Positions 17,996 to 27,269 of a stretch of 32,638 nucleotides of DNA are shown piece after piece. The position numbers were made by a program, and so were the translations under genes. Position 1 is the first letter of the stretch; every line of letters starts with the position of its first letter. This DNA comes from Chitinophagaceae bacterium (GTDB taxonomy: Bacteria; Bacteroidota; Bacteroidia; Chitinophagales; Chitinophagaceae), in NCBI GenBank assembly GCA_031429975.1, contig JANPAP010000185.1, forward strand, positions 1 to 32,638. The letters run 5' to 3'. The notes under the pieces are model-generated. The model was not told where the DNA came from, ran no database searches, and worked only from the letters and a program-made list of their open reading frames with translations.

Positions 17996-18241
17996 TTAAT
18001 TAATGGTAACCTCAAACATTTCCATAACCGGATTTGCCAGTAATTTTTTTGCAGCGGCTTCGGCAAATTGTTTTGCTTCAATTTCATTATTGGCTTCTAC
18101 CTGCAGAGTAATATGCTTTCCAATTCTTACATCTTTTATTTCAGTAAGTCCAAGGTTTTCCAATCCACCCAAAACAGCCTTTCCTTGCGGATCCAGCAAT
18201 TCTTTGTGCGGCATTACTTTTATATGTGCAGTATAGTTCAT
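17996..18241 (-). CDS. purS: Phosphoribosylformylglycinamidine synthase subunit PurS (81 aa)
   Basis: LLDPQGKAV, VRIGK and LLANPVME. Start at ATG 18241 forms a TGATG overlap with the upstream stop. Confidence 0.95.
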   Translation of the reverse strand: MNYTAHIKVMPHKELLDPQGKAVLGGLENLGLTEIKDVRIGKHITLQVEANNEIEAKQFAEAAAKKLLANPVMEMFEVTIN

Positions 18242-19011
18242 CAGTTTTTTTGTTGTTGAGTTGATAAAGATATAATAATATAAGCAATGAATATTACGGG
18301 TACAGCAAGCCAATTTAAAAATACGGAGGCAACAATTCCAATCAGTACCAACACTATTTTTGGCAAATTACTTTTCACAGAAAAGTCCTTAAACTTTAAT
18401 GCGATCATGGGTAAATTACTTACCATTAACCAACTTAAAATAATTATCAAACTATACAATACCCATTTATTAACCAGCCACTCATTTATATTTATTAATC
18501 CGCCACCATAATGTAATATCAATGGAAAGGAAGCGATCATTAAACCAACAGCCGGTGTAGGCACCCCTTTAAAGCCCAAGCTTTGCGAATTATCGAGATT
18601 GAATTTTGCTAAACGGTATGCAGCAGCTACCGTTACAATAAATGCCGGCAACAACCATGCAATAGAAATATCAATTCCATTTTCTTCCCTGATAGAACTC
18701 ATTCGTAATAATTGATACAGAATAATTCCGGGTGCTGTACCAAAACTAACCACATCGGCCAGCGAATCGAGTTGCTTTCCCATTTCGGAACTGGCATTAA
18801 AAACCCGGGCCACAAATCCATCTAAAAAATCAACCACTGCTGCTAAATAAATAAACAATGCAGCCAGTGCAAGCCTTTCAGGAACATTGAAACTACTGGT
18901 AAATTCATCGTTTGTGTATATCAGTATACTTTCGGTTTGTAAAGCAAATACAATGGCTATGCAACCAAAAAATAAATTAAGTAATGTAAATAAATTTGGT
19001 AAATGTTTCAT
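18241..19011 (-). CDS. pssA: CDP-alcohol phosphatidyltransferase (phosphatidylserine synthase-like)
   Basis: PNLFTLLNL, DFLDGFVAR..S.MGKQLDSLADVVSFG, RLAKFN and F.GVPTP, with multiple hydrophobic helices. Confidence 0.85.
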   Translation of the reverse strand: MKHLPNLFTLLNLFFGCIAIVFALQTESILIYTNDEFTSSFNVPERLALAALFIYLAAVVDFLDGFVARVFNASSEMGKQLDSLADVVSFGTAPGIILYQLLRMSSIREENGIDISIAWLLPAFIVTVAAAYRLAKFNLDNSQSLGFKGVPTPAVGLMIASFPLILHYGGGLININEWLVNKWVLYSLIIILSWLMVSNLPMIALKFKDFSVKSNLPKIVLVLIGIVASVFLNWLAVPVIFIAYIIISLSTQQQKN

Positions 19012-19081
19012 AAGCACCAAGCTCTAAATGAGTCGTAATTTTTATTTTGAATAATTGGATTTTTTTACAAATCGAAGCGCC

Positions 19082-20371
19082 TTATTTTTTCATGATGGCT
19101 TCTATTTCATCAACCGTAATGGGAATATTTTTCATTAAATCTTTATTGCCATTTTTTGTTATCCAGAAATTATTTTCAATCCGGATGCCCATTTTTTCTT
19201 CTTCAATATAAATACCCGGTTCAATTGTAAAAACCATTCCTGCTTTTATGGGTTGGGTTCTTGTTCCCAAATCATGCACATCAATTCCTAGATGATGAGA
19301 AATACCATGATATAAATATTTTCGGTAAGCCCTGTTTTCGGGGTCTTCATTCTTAACATCCGATTTTTTCAACAAGCCAATTTTTTGGAAAACAATGGTT
19401 GCTTCTTCTCCTACCTTATCAGTATAATCTAAAATACTAATGCCCGGTTTTAAAATGCTGGCAGCATAATAATGTAAGTGTAAACAGGCATTGTAAACCG
19501 TTTTTTGTCTTTTCCCAAATTTTCCATTCACCGGAATTGTTCGGGTAAGATCGGCACAGTAATTTCCATAAGAAGCACCAAAATCCATCAATATCAATTC
19601 AGCATCTTTACACTCCTGGTTATTTTCAACATAATGTAAAGTACGAGCCCGATCGCCGCTGGCAATAATGGAACCATAAGCTTGCCCGGTAGCCCGTTGC
19701 GATAAAAAAGAGTGCATAATTTCTGCCTCAATTTCATATTCCATTACACCCGGTTTTATAAATTTTAATAACCGGCGGAAAGTAGTTTCTGTAATATCCA
19801 TTGCCTGTTGCATTACTTCAATTTCCAAGGCCGTTTTTATAGCTCTCAGGTCTTTTAAAATTTTTGCACTGCGATGGTATTGATGCATCGGAAAGCGTTG
19901 CTTCATCATTTGGGCATAACGATAATCCCTTACCATTATCTGGGTTCCTTTACGATCGTTTTCGTTTGAATTTAAATAAATACTATCTGCAAGATGAACC
20001 CAAGGTTGCAATAATCCATCCAAAACATCCAACCAAACAATGGTTGTAATTCCAGCAATTGCAGTTGCTTCATTTTCCCTCAACCTATGCCCATCCCATT
20101 TTTCTTTTAAGGCATTGGGCCTAACTAAAACCAGCACTTCCCGGTATTTGGGATCGGGGTTATCCGGAAATAAAACCAACATGGTGTCTTCTTGTTCGAT
20201 ACCGGTAAGCCAAAACAAATCGGAGTTTTGTTTAAAAACATGCAATGCATCGCCATTGGCAGGCAATTCGTCGTTGCTGTTAAAAATTGCAATGGCATTT
20301 TTTTCCATCCGCTCGGTAAAGCGCTTTCTATTTTGAATAAAAATTGCTGAATTTAAAGGAAGATATTTCAT
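19082..20371 (-). CDS. pepP: Xaa-Pro aminopeptidase (M24B)
   Basis: AMP_N-type start, DFGA...YCADLTRT, HGISHHLGIDVHD, TIEPGIY and GIRIEN. Confidence 0.92.
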   Translation of the reverse strand: MKYLPLNSAIFIQNRKRFTERMEKNAIAIFNSNDELPANGDALHVFKQNSDLFWLTGIEQEDTMLVLFPDNPDPKYREVLVLVRPNALKEKWDGHRLRENEATAIAGITTIVWLDVLDGLLQPWVHLADSIYLNSNENDRKGTQIMVRDYRYAQMMKQRFPMHQYHRSAKILKDLRAIKTALEIEVMQQAMDITETTFRRLLKFIKPGVMEYEIEAEIMHSFLSQRATGQAYGSIIASGDRARTLHYVENNQECKDAELILMDFGASYGNYCADLTRTIPVNGKFGKRQKTVYNACLHLHYYAASILKPGISILDYTDKVGEEATIVFQKIGLLKKSDVKNEDPENRAYRKYLYHGISHHLGIDVHDLGTRTQPIKAGMVFTIEPGIYIEEEKMGIRIENNFWITKNGNKDLMKNIPITVDEIEAIMKK

Positions 20372-20613
20372 AACAAAAATTTATTGGCTGCAATATACTG
20401 TTATTAAAAATGTTAGAGAAAAGCTTCTGGTTGTGTAATTGCTACACATCAATTAGTTAAAATATAAAAGCTATTCAACGAAATTTCATCATTATTTAAA
20501 CTTAATTCAATAAAATTGAATTCGTTTGAAATTTATTACAACATTTAATCAATTTGATAAAAAAAATTACAATTTGACTCGCTTTTTAAAAAAAAACTAA
20601 AATATCTAAAACA

Positions 20614-20621
20614 TAACTTTG
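20614..20621 (+). promoter_or_regulatory. Candidate Bacteroidota sigmaA -7 box for pckA
   Basis: TAACTTTG matches TAnnTTTG, 38 bp upstream of the ATG. No clearly spaced -33 TTTG. Confidence 0.5.
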
Positions 20622-20659
20622 GTGCTGAAATTTATTGCTCATTAAATTGATTATTAGCT

Positions 20660-22264
20660 ATGTCAGTTCCAACGATGCTTGCCTACCCTAAAATGGACCT
20701 TATTAATGCAGGTCTAAAATTATCAAACGAAATACATTACCAATTAACACCCGAACAATTAACTGCCCAAACCGTTGCCCGTGGCGAAGGCGTTATTTGC
20801 GATACCGGAGCACTGGTAATTAATACCGGCGAATTCACTGGCAGAAGCCCTGAAGACAAGTTTACTGTTTTGGATGAAACTTCTAAAGAAACCGTAAACT
20901 GGAACAATTTTAATATCCCCATCGAGCCAAAATATTTTGATTTGCTGTATGCAAAAATGATGGCCTACTTTGATAATAAAGAAATATGGGTTAGAGATTG
21001 TTATGCATGTGCCGATCCCACTTATCGGTTAAATATCCGGGTAATTAATGAAAACCCCTGGAGTAATTTATTTTGCAACAATATGTTTTTAAGGCCCCAG
21101 GAAGCTGAACTTGAAAATTTTAAACCCGATTGGTTGATGGTTCAGGCACCCGGCTTTATGGCAGATCCTAAAACTGATGGCACCCGTCAACACAATTTTG
21201 CAATTGTAAATTTTACAAAAAAAATCATCTTGATTGGTGGTACCGGTTATACCGGTGAAATGAAGAAAAGTATCTTTTCAGTTTTAAATTATATTTTACC
21301 GCATGATAAAGGTGTATTGAGCATGCACTGCTCCGCCAACACTGGTGATGCCGGCGATACCGCTATCTTTTTTGGATTGAGCGGCACCGGAAAAACTACT
21401 TTGAGTGCTGATCCTAACCGCCAGTTGATTGGCGATGATGAACATGGCTGGACCGCCAATACCGTTTTTAATTTTGAAGGTGGCTGTTATGCAAAAACTA
21501 TTGATTTAACCTTGGAAAAAGAACCCGATATTTTTCTTGCAATAAAACCCGGAGCCTTGGTTGAGAATACACCGTTTTTTGAAGGCACAACAAAAATTGA
21601 TTTCAACAGTAAAGCGATTTCTCCAAACACCCGGGTAAGTTATCCATTAAACCATATTGAGAATACAAAAAAGCCATCGATTGCTGATATTCCAAAAAAT
21701 ATTTTCTTTCTAACCTGCGATTCTTATGGCGTTTTTCCTCCAATAAGTAAGTTATCACCAGGTCAGGCAATGTACCAGTTTATTAGCGGTTACACTGCAA
21801 AAATTGCCGGTACCGAAGCTGGGATTGTTGAACCAAAATCGACCTTCAGTGCTTGTTTTGGAGCACCGTTTTTACCCTTGCATCCTGGCCAATACGCAGC
21901 CATGTTAGGGCAAAAACTAAAAGAACATCAGGCAAATGTATGGATGATAAATACCGGCTGGAGTGGTGGTGGATATGGCGTAGGCAAAAGAATGAAATTG
22001 GATTATACTAGAGCCATGATTACCGCAGCGCTTGAAGGTAAACTGGATACTGTTGAATATGAGTCACACCGTGTATTTGGAATACAAATGCCAAAATCCT
22101 GCCCCAATGTTCCAAACGAAATATTAAATCCCCGTGAAACCTGGGCTGATGAATCTGCTTACGAAGAAGCTGCAAAAAAGCTAGCTTTACAGTTTATAAA
22201 TAATTTTGAAAAATATGCCAGCGGAGTTACGGAAGAAATATTAGCTTCGGCTCCCAAAGTATAA
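20660..22264 (+). CDS. pckA: Phosphoenolpyruvate carboxykinase (ATP)
   Basis: TGRSPEDK, GGTGYTGEMKK, GLSGTGKTTLS, LIGDDEHGW and NFEGGCYAK. Confidence 0.98.
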   Translation: MSVPTMLAYPKMDLINAGLKLSNEIHYQLTPEQLTAQTVARGEGVICDTGALVINTGEFTGRSPEDKFTVLDETSKETVNWNNFNIPIEPKYFDLLYAKMMAYFDNKEIWVRDCYACADPTYRLNIRVINENPWSNLFCNNMFLRPQEAELENFKPDWLMVQAPGFMADPKTDGTRQHNFAIVNFTKKIILIGGTGYTGEMKKSIFSVLNYILPHDKGVLSMHCSANTGDAGDTAIFFGLSGTGKTTLSADPNRQLIGDDEHGWTANTVFNFEGGCYAKTIDLTLEKEPDIFLAIKPGALVENTPFFEGTTKIDFNSKAISPNTRVSYPLNHIENTKKPSIADIPKNIFFLTCDSYGVFPPISKLSPGQAMYQFISGYTAKIAGTEAGIVEPKSTFSACFGAPFLPLHPGQYAAMLGQKLKEHQANVWMINTGWSGGGYGVGKRMKLDYTRAMITAALEGKLDTVEYESHRVFGIQMPKSCPNVPNEILNPRETWADESAYEEAAKKLALQFINNFEKYASGVTEEILASAPKV

Positions 22265-22298
22265 TAAGACAGTAGCGATTGTTTGCCAACACAGCTAC

Positions 22299-22330
22299 TC
22301 CCTCCTGAGCAATCAGGGGGGATTTTTTTT
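22299..22330 (+). terminator. Rho-independent terminator after pckA
   Basis: TCCCTCCTGA-GCAA-TCAGGGGGGA followed by T8, in the convergent gap with scoB. Confidence 0.88.
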
Positions 22331-22343
22331 GAATAGTTTTAAT

Positions 22344-23000
22344 CTAAAATTCCATTTCTGGAATATCATCTTCAACAATTAATTTACCGGCTGTTTTTTC
22401 TTGTATCTCTTCAACAGAAACTCCGGGGGCTCTTTCCAACAATTTAAAACCTTCAGCAGTAATTTCTATTACTGCCAATTCTGTTACGATTTTTTTTACG
22501 CAATTTACTCCGGTAAGCGGCAAGGTACAAGTCGGTAATAATTTCGATTCGCCTTTGGGGTTGGTATGCATCATGGCTACCAGAATATTTTTTGCACTGG
22601 CCACCAAATCCATGGCACCACCCATGCCCTTCACCATTTTACCGGGAATTTTCCAATTAGCAATATCACCGTTTTCGCTTACTTCCATAGCACCTAAAAT
22701 AGTAAGATCAACTTTGCCTGCACGGATCATTCCAAAACTCATGGCACTGTCAAAAAATGCAGATCCCGGTACTGTTGTAATGGTTTGTTTACCTGCATTA
22801 ATTAAATCAGCATCTTCATCTCCTTCAAAAGGAAAGGGGCCCATACCCAATAATCCGTTTTCACTTTGCAACACAACATTTACACCCTCTGGAATATAAT
22901 TAGCCACCAAAGTAGGGATACCAATTCCCAGATTTACATAATACCCATCTTTTAATTCTTTGGCCAGTCGTTGTGCAATTTGATTTTTATTTAAAGGCAT
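22344..23000 (-). CDS. scoB: 3-oxoacid CoA-transferase subunit B
   Basis: [15 protein letters not shown] with the catalytic Glu, and GMGGAMDL. Confidence 0.93.
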   Translation of the reverse strand: MPLNKNQIAQRLAKELKDGYYVNLGIGIPTLVANYIPEGVNVVLQSENGLLGMGPFPFEGDEDADLINAGKQTITTVPGSAFFDSAMSFGMIRAGKVDLTILGAMEVSENGDIANWKIPGKMVKGMGGAMDLVASAKNILVAMMHTNPKGESKLLPTCTLPLTGVNCVKKIVTELAVIEITAEGFKLLERAPGVSVEEIQEKTAGKLIVEDDIPEMEF

Positions 23001-23030
23001 AATATATGTATTGCGGATTTAAAAAATAAT

Positions 23031-23729
23031 TTAGGATTTAGGAGCAACGGTACGTTGTTCAATTCTTTTTTCATAATTACTCCCTTCAAAAATGCGGTGC
23101 ACATAAATTCCAGGTGTATGAATTTGATCTGGATCTAAAGCTCCGGCAGGCAACAATTCTTCCACTTCTGCAATAGTAATTTTTCCGGCCATGGCCATCA
23201 TTGGATTAAAATTCCGGGCAGTTGCTTTAAAAATTAAATTTCCATCGGTATCTCCTTTCCATGCTTTTACCAAAGCAAAATCAGCATCAAAAGCATATTC
23301 CATCAAATAGGTTTTGTTATTAAATTCTCTTAACTCTTTTCCGATGGCTACTTCTGTACCAACACCTGCCGGAGTAAAAATTGCCGGCATGCCATAACCT
23401 GCTGCCATGCATCGGGTAGCCAATGTACCCTGTGGAATTAATTCCACTTCCAACTCGCCGCTTAACAACTGCCTTTCAAATTCGGCATTCTCACCAACAT
23501 AACTGCTGATCATTTTTTTTACCTGTTTTTGTTGAAGTAATAATCCTATTCCAAAATCATCCACTCCGGCATTGTTGGATATACAGGTAAGATTTTTAAC
23601 GCCTTTTTTTACAAGGGCTGCAATACAGTTTTCAGGAATTCCACAAAGGCCAAAACCACCTAACATCAATACAGCCCCATCCTGAATATCAGCAATAGCA
23701 TCAGCTACATTATTATATTTTTTTTTCAT
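23031..23729 (-). CDS. scoA: 3-oxoacid CoA-transferase subunit A
   Basis: [22 protein letters not shown] and PQGTLA. Start reassigned to ATG 23729 (MKKKY). Confidence 0.93.
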   Translation of the reverse strand: MKKKYNNVADAIADIQDGAVLMLGGFGLCGIPENCIAALVKKGVKNLTCISNNAGVDDFGIGLLLQQKQVKKMISSYVGENAEFERQLLSGELEVELIPQGTLATRCMAAGYGMPAIFTPAGVGTEVAIGKELREFNNKTYLMEYAFDADFALVKAWKGDTDGNLIFKATARNFNPMMAMAGKITIAEVEELLPAGALDPDQIHTPGIYVHRIFEGSNYEKRIEQRTVAPKS

Positions 23730-23917
23730 GTTGTTACAATTATCAATTCTTAACTCAAACTTTAAAGTAAATAAAGTTGCGATGGGCAAATTACATAAAA
23801 AATGTTTGAAGGACTTTTATTCTGATGGATGAAATAAACTTGTAAACATTTTACAATTTCAGAAAATAGCAAACCTATTTTTTATTTAGGCAGTTTTCCT
23901 ATATTTACCCAATCAAT

Positions 23918-25126
23918 ATGTACAAAATACTGCGAATTCATAATAGGTTAATTGTTGGAGGCCCCTCTCATAATGTTACTTTGCTGACTGCTTATCTTTC
24001 GCCGGAATTTGATACTAAACTGTTAGTTGGCAAATAAGATGCTGCCGAAAAAGATGCTACTTATATTGCTGATCAATTGGGATTAGTTCCGATTGAAATA
24101 AAAGAAATGCGGAGAAGCATTCTACCCTTTTATGATATTATTGCTTATTACAAAATAAAAAAAATAATAAAAGAATACCAGCCCGACATTGTACATACGC
24201 ATGCATCAAAATCGGGAGCAATCGGCAGGATGGCAGCAAAGTCCTGCAAGGTTCCATTAATTGTTCATACATTTCACGGACATGTTTTTCATTCGTATTT
24301 CAATACATTTCTTTCGAATATCATTGTACGTTTTGAAAGGTTTCTTGCCCGGAAAGCAGATGCGATTATCGCCATCAGTGATTCTCAAAGACATGAATTA
24401 ATTGAAACCTATAAAATTGCCCCTGCTGAAAAAATATTCACTATTCCTCTTGGTTTTAATCTTGATAAATACACCGTTGATCAGGACACAAAAAAAATCA
24501 TTTTCAGAAACAAATATGGATTTGATAACGACGAATTAATCATTGGTATTATTGGCCGCTTGGTTCCAATAAAAAACCATGAAATGTTTTTAGAAGTTGC
24601 TGCCATAATAAAATCTAAAACAAAGAAAAAAGTTCGTTTTGCAATTATTGGTGATGGAGAATCGAGGCCGGGGATTGAAGAAAAAGCAGCTGACTTAAAC
24701 TTAAGTTATTCATATTTTATTACGCAGCCTAAAAGCAACACAGATGTTGTTGTTACCTCATGGGAAACTGAAATTGACCAGGCATTGGCGGGGCTGGATA
24801 TTGTAGTACTTACTTCCAATAACGAAGGCACGCCTGTTTCATTAATTGAAGCCCAATCTGCATTACTACCAGTGGTATCTACCAATGTTGGTGGTGTTGA
24901 AGATATTGTGATACATGGTGAAACCGGCTTTATTACGGAAGTTGGAGATGTTACCTCATTTGCAAACTATGTAATTGAATTAATTGAAGATGCTGAACTC
25001 CGGAAAAAAATGGGCAAAAGCGGTTACGAAAATGTGATCAGTAGATACTCCAAACAAAGGCTGATAAACGATATGCGGAGTCTTTATCTTAGTTTTTTAA
25101 ATAAAAAAAAGACAGGCAGTAAGTAA
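23918..25126 (+). pseudogene. GT4 family glycosyltransferase interrupted by an in-frame TAA at codon 40 (nonsense mutation or sequencing error)
   Basis: ATG 23918 gives MYKILRIHNRLIVGGPSHNV...LLVGK*DAAEKDA... in frame with the 24077-25126 ORF, which carries PDIVHTHASK and EGTPVSLIEA (EX7E). TAA is at 24035-24037. Confidence 0.75.
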
Positions 25127-25160
25127 ATACATTGCCTGCCGATCCAGTTATTTATTATCC

Positions 25161-26153
25161 TCACTTTAAAATCACTTCAATCAGTTTTAATTCTGCATCT
25201 GTAAAATTTAAATTATCCAGACAGGCCAAATTATCATCCAATTGTTTTACCGAACTTGCGCCAATTAAAACCGTTGTAATTCTTTTATCTTTCAGCAACC
25301 AGGCCAATGCCATTTGTGCCAATGATTGATTGCGCTGTTGGGCAATTTCATTTAATGAATTGATTTGTTGTAAACGGTCATCGGTTAAATCGGAAACTTT
25401 TAAAAACCCATGTGCTTTTGCGGCTCTTGAATTTTCAGGAATTCCTTTTAAATATTTATTGGTTAACATGCCCTGTGCCAACGGCGAAAATGGAATACAG
25501 CCAACACCATCATCTTCCAACACATCCAGCAACCCGCCTTCCACCCATCTTTCGAACATGGAATATTTTGGTTGATGAATGATACAAGGTGTGCCCAGTT
25601 GTTTTAAAATTTCAATGGCTTTTTTAGATTCCTCTGCACTGTAACTTGATATACCTGCATATAATGCCCTGCCACTTCTTACAGCAGTATCCAATGCCAT
25701 CATAGTTTCTTCCATTGGCGTATCGGGATCGGGGCGATGTGAATAAAAAATATCCACATACTCTAATTGCATGCGTTTTAAACTCTGATCCAGGCTGGAT
25801 AATAAATATTTACGGGAACCCCATTCGCCATAAGGACCGGGCCACATCAGATAGCCGGCTTTGGTAGAAATAATCAATTCATCCCTTAGGTTTCCGGTAA
25901 AATCCTGTTTTAATATTTTTCCAAAATTTTCTTCGGCAGTGCCGGGTTCGGGTCCATAATTATTGGCCAGATCAAAATGCGTAATGCCACAATCAAATGC
26001 CCGGTGAATAATGCTGCGGCCGTTTTCAAAATCATCTACCGATCCGAAATTATGCCAAAGTCCGAGTGAGATAGCAGGTAATTTTAATCCGGATTTTCCA
26101 CAGCGGTTATACAGCATTTTATCATATCGATTTAAAGAAGGATTGTATTTCAT
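25161..26153 (-). CDS. mgrA: Aldo/keto reductase, L-glyceraldehyde 3-phosphate reductase (YghZ/Gpr/MgrA-like)
   Basis: GKSGLKLPAISLGLWHNFG, FDLANNYGP, ISTKAGY.MWPGPYGEWGSRKYL and YVDIFYSHRPD. Confidence 0.9.
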   Translation of the reverse strand: MKYNPSLNRYDKMLYNRCGKSGLKLPAISLGLWHNFGSVDDFENGRSIIHRAFDCGITHFDLANNYGPEPGTAEENFGKILKQDFTGNLRDELIISTKAGYLMWPGPYGEWGSRKYLLSSLDQSLKRMQLEYVDIFYSHRPDPDTPMEETMMALDTAVRSGRALYAGISSYSAEESKKAIEILKQLGTPCIIHQPKYSMFERWVEGGLLDVLEDDGVGCIPFSPLAQGMLTNKYLKGIPENSRAAKAHGFLKVSDLTDDRLQQINSLNEIAQQRNQSLAQMALAWLLKDKRITTVLIGASSVKQLDDNLACLDNLNFTDAELKLIEVILK

Positions 26154-26192
26154 AACTCAATTTTTTTATTATTTAAATTATTTGTTGTGTAT

Positions 26193-27263
26193 TTACCAAT
26201 TCATTTGTTGCTTTATAAAAGTAGTTAATTCTGCAGCAATTAATTGATGTTCTTCCAGGCTTGGATGCGTATCGCAGCCGCTGCTATACCGCCTTGAAAA
26301 AAAATAAACCTCCACATTTTTATCGGTTGCAGCCAATGATTTTTTAACCGCAATGATATTTTTTTTGAGCGCTTCCGTTAATGCAGCATCGGCCATTGGG
26401 CTGGTTAACAAAATAATTTTTGCTTGTTTGTAATGTTCTCTCAGTTGTTTTATAAAATTGATATACGCCTTACAAAACAAAGCAGCATCTTGTATACCAT
26501 CATTCTGCCCCAAACAAATGGTTACTACAGCTGGTTGGTATTTTTTAAAATCCCATTCAATCTTATTGTCACGCATGCTCACTTTATCAAATACCTGTGG
26601 CATGATAATATCCATATTGCAACAGCTGTGCATGAGGCCAACACCCGAAACAGCCGATAAGAAATATTGTGCATGCAATGTTCTTGCAGTAACAGCTCCA
26701 TAACTCATCCAGGCATTGTGCTGATCTTCCCAAACACCTTTACCACAAGGTATTTCAGCCATATCGCTTCCGGTACCGCAGGTTATGGAATTACCTATAA
26801 ATTCAATTTTACGAATTGGTTTTTCCAATGGTTTTACCAAAGTTTTGCAATTGATTCCAACCAATTCGAGATACCCAATATTGGCTTCTGTATTTTTTGC
26901 AATAGTTAAAGTATGCACCGTATTTGACAAACCTTTTGCAACAATAATTGTATCCCTTGCAGATTTGGTTTGAATGCGTTTTGCTTTTCCATCAACAATA
27001 ATTTCAAGATAGTTGTGTTTATTGCCCCATAAAATTTCATCATTCAATATCACTTCGCAATCGGAGCCCAAAAATTTTGTTTCGATATAAACACCCGGTT
27101 GCCAAAAGCGTGGCAACTTTGGATTTGTAAAATCTACCCGGCCGGTGTATTGAATATTAGGGTTATCGGCAGCATAAAAATTTAATGCTGCTTGTTGCTT
27201 TTTTTGAGCAACACAGGCATTCAATGTTATTAAAATCGATATAAAAAAAACAACTGATCTCAT
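26193..27263 (-). CDS. SGNH/GDSL hydrolase, CE2-like carbohydrate esterase, possible lipoprotein
   Basis: N-terminal jelly-roll-like region (IQYTGR), IEFIGNSITCG nucleophile motif, LGQND and CDTHP. Possible lipobox LNAC. Confidence 0.8.
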   Translation of the reverse strand: MRSVVFFISILITLNACVAQKKQQAALNFYAADNPNIQYTGRVDFTNPKLPRFWQPGVYIETKFLGSDCEVILNDEILWGNKHNYLEIIVDGKAKRIQTKSARDTIIVAKGLSNTVHTLTIAKNTEANIGYLELVGINCKTLVKPLEKPIRKIEFIGNSITCGTGSDMAEIPCGKGVWEDQHNAWMSYGAVTARTLHAQYFLSAVSGVGLMHSCCNMDIIMPQVFDKVSMRDNKIEWDFKKYQPAVVTICLGQNDGIQDAALFCKAYINFIKQLREHYKQAKIILLTSPMADAALTEALKKNIIAVKKSLAATDKNVEVYFFSRRYSSGCDTHPSLEEHQLIAAELTTFIKQQMNW

Positions 27264-27269
27264 TTATAT

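Noticed and set aside
18242-18313. Extended PurS N-terminus in the ORF track
   Set aside because: It overlaps pssA. The TGATG junction at 18239-18243 gives a normal 81-aa PurS.
24035-24037. Stop-codon recoding or alternative genetic code
   Set aside because: TAA is the usual terminator for most genes here, and no other in-frame stops were seen.
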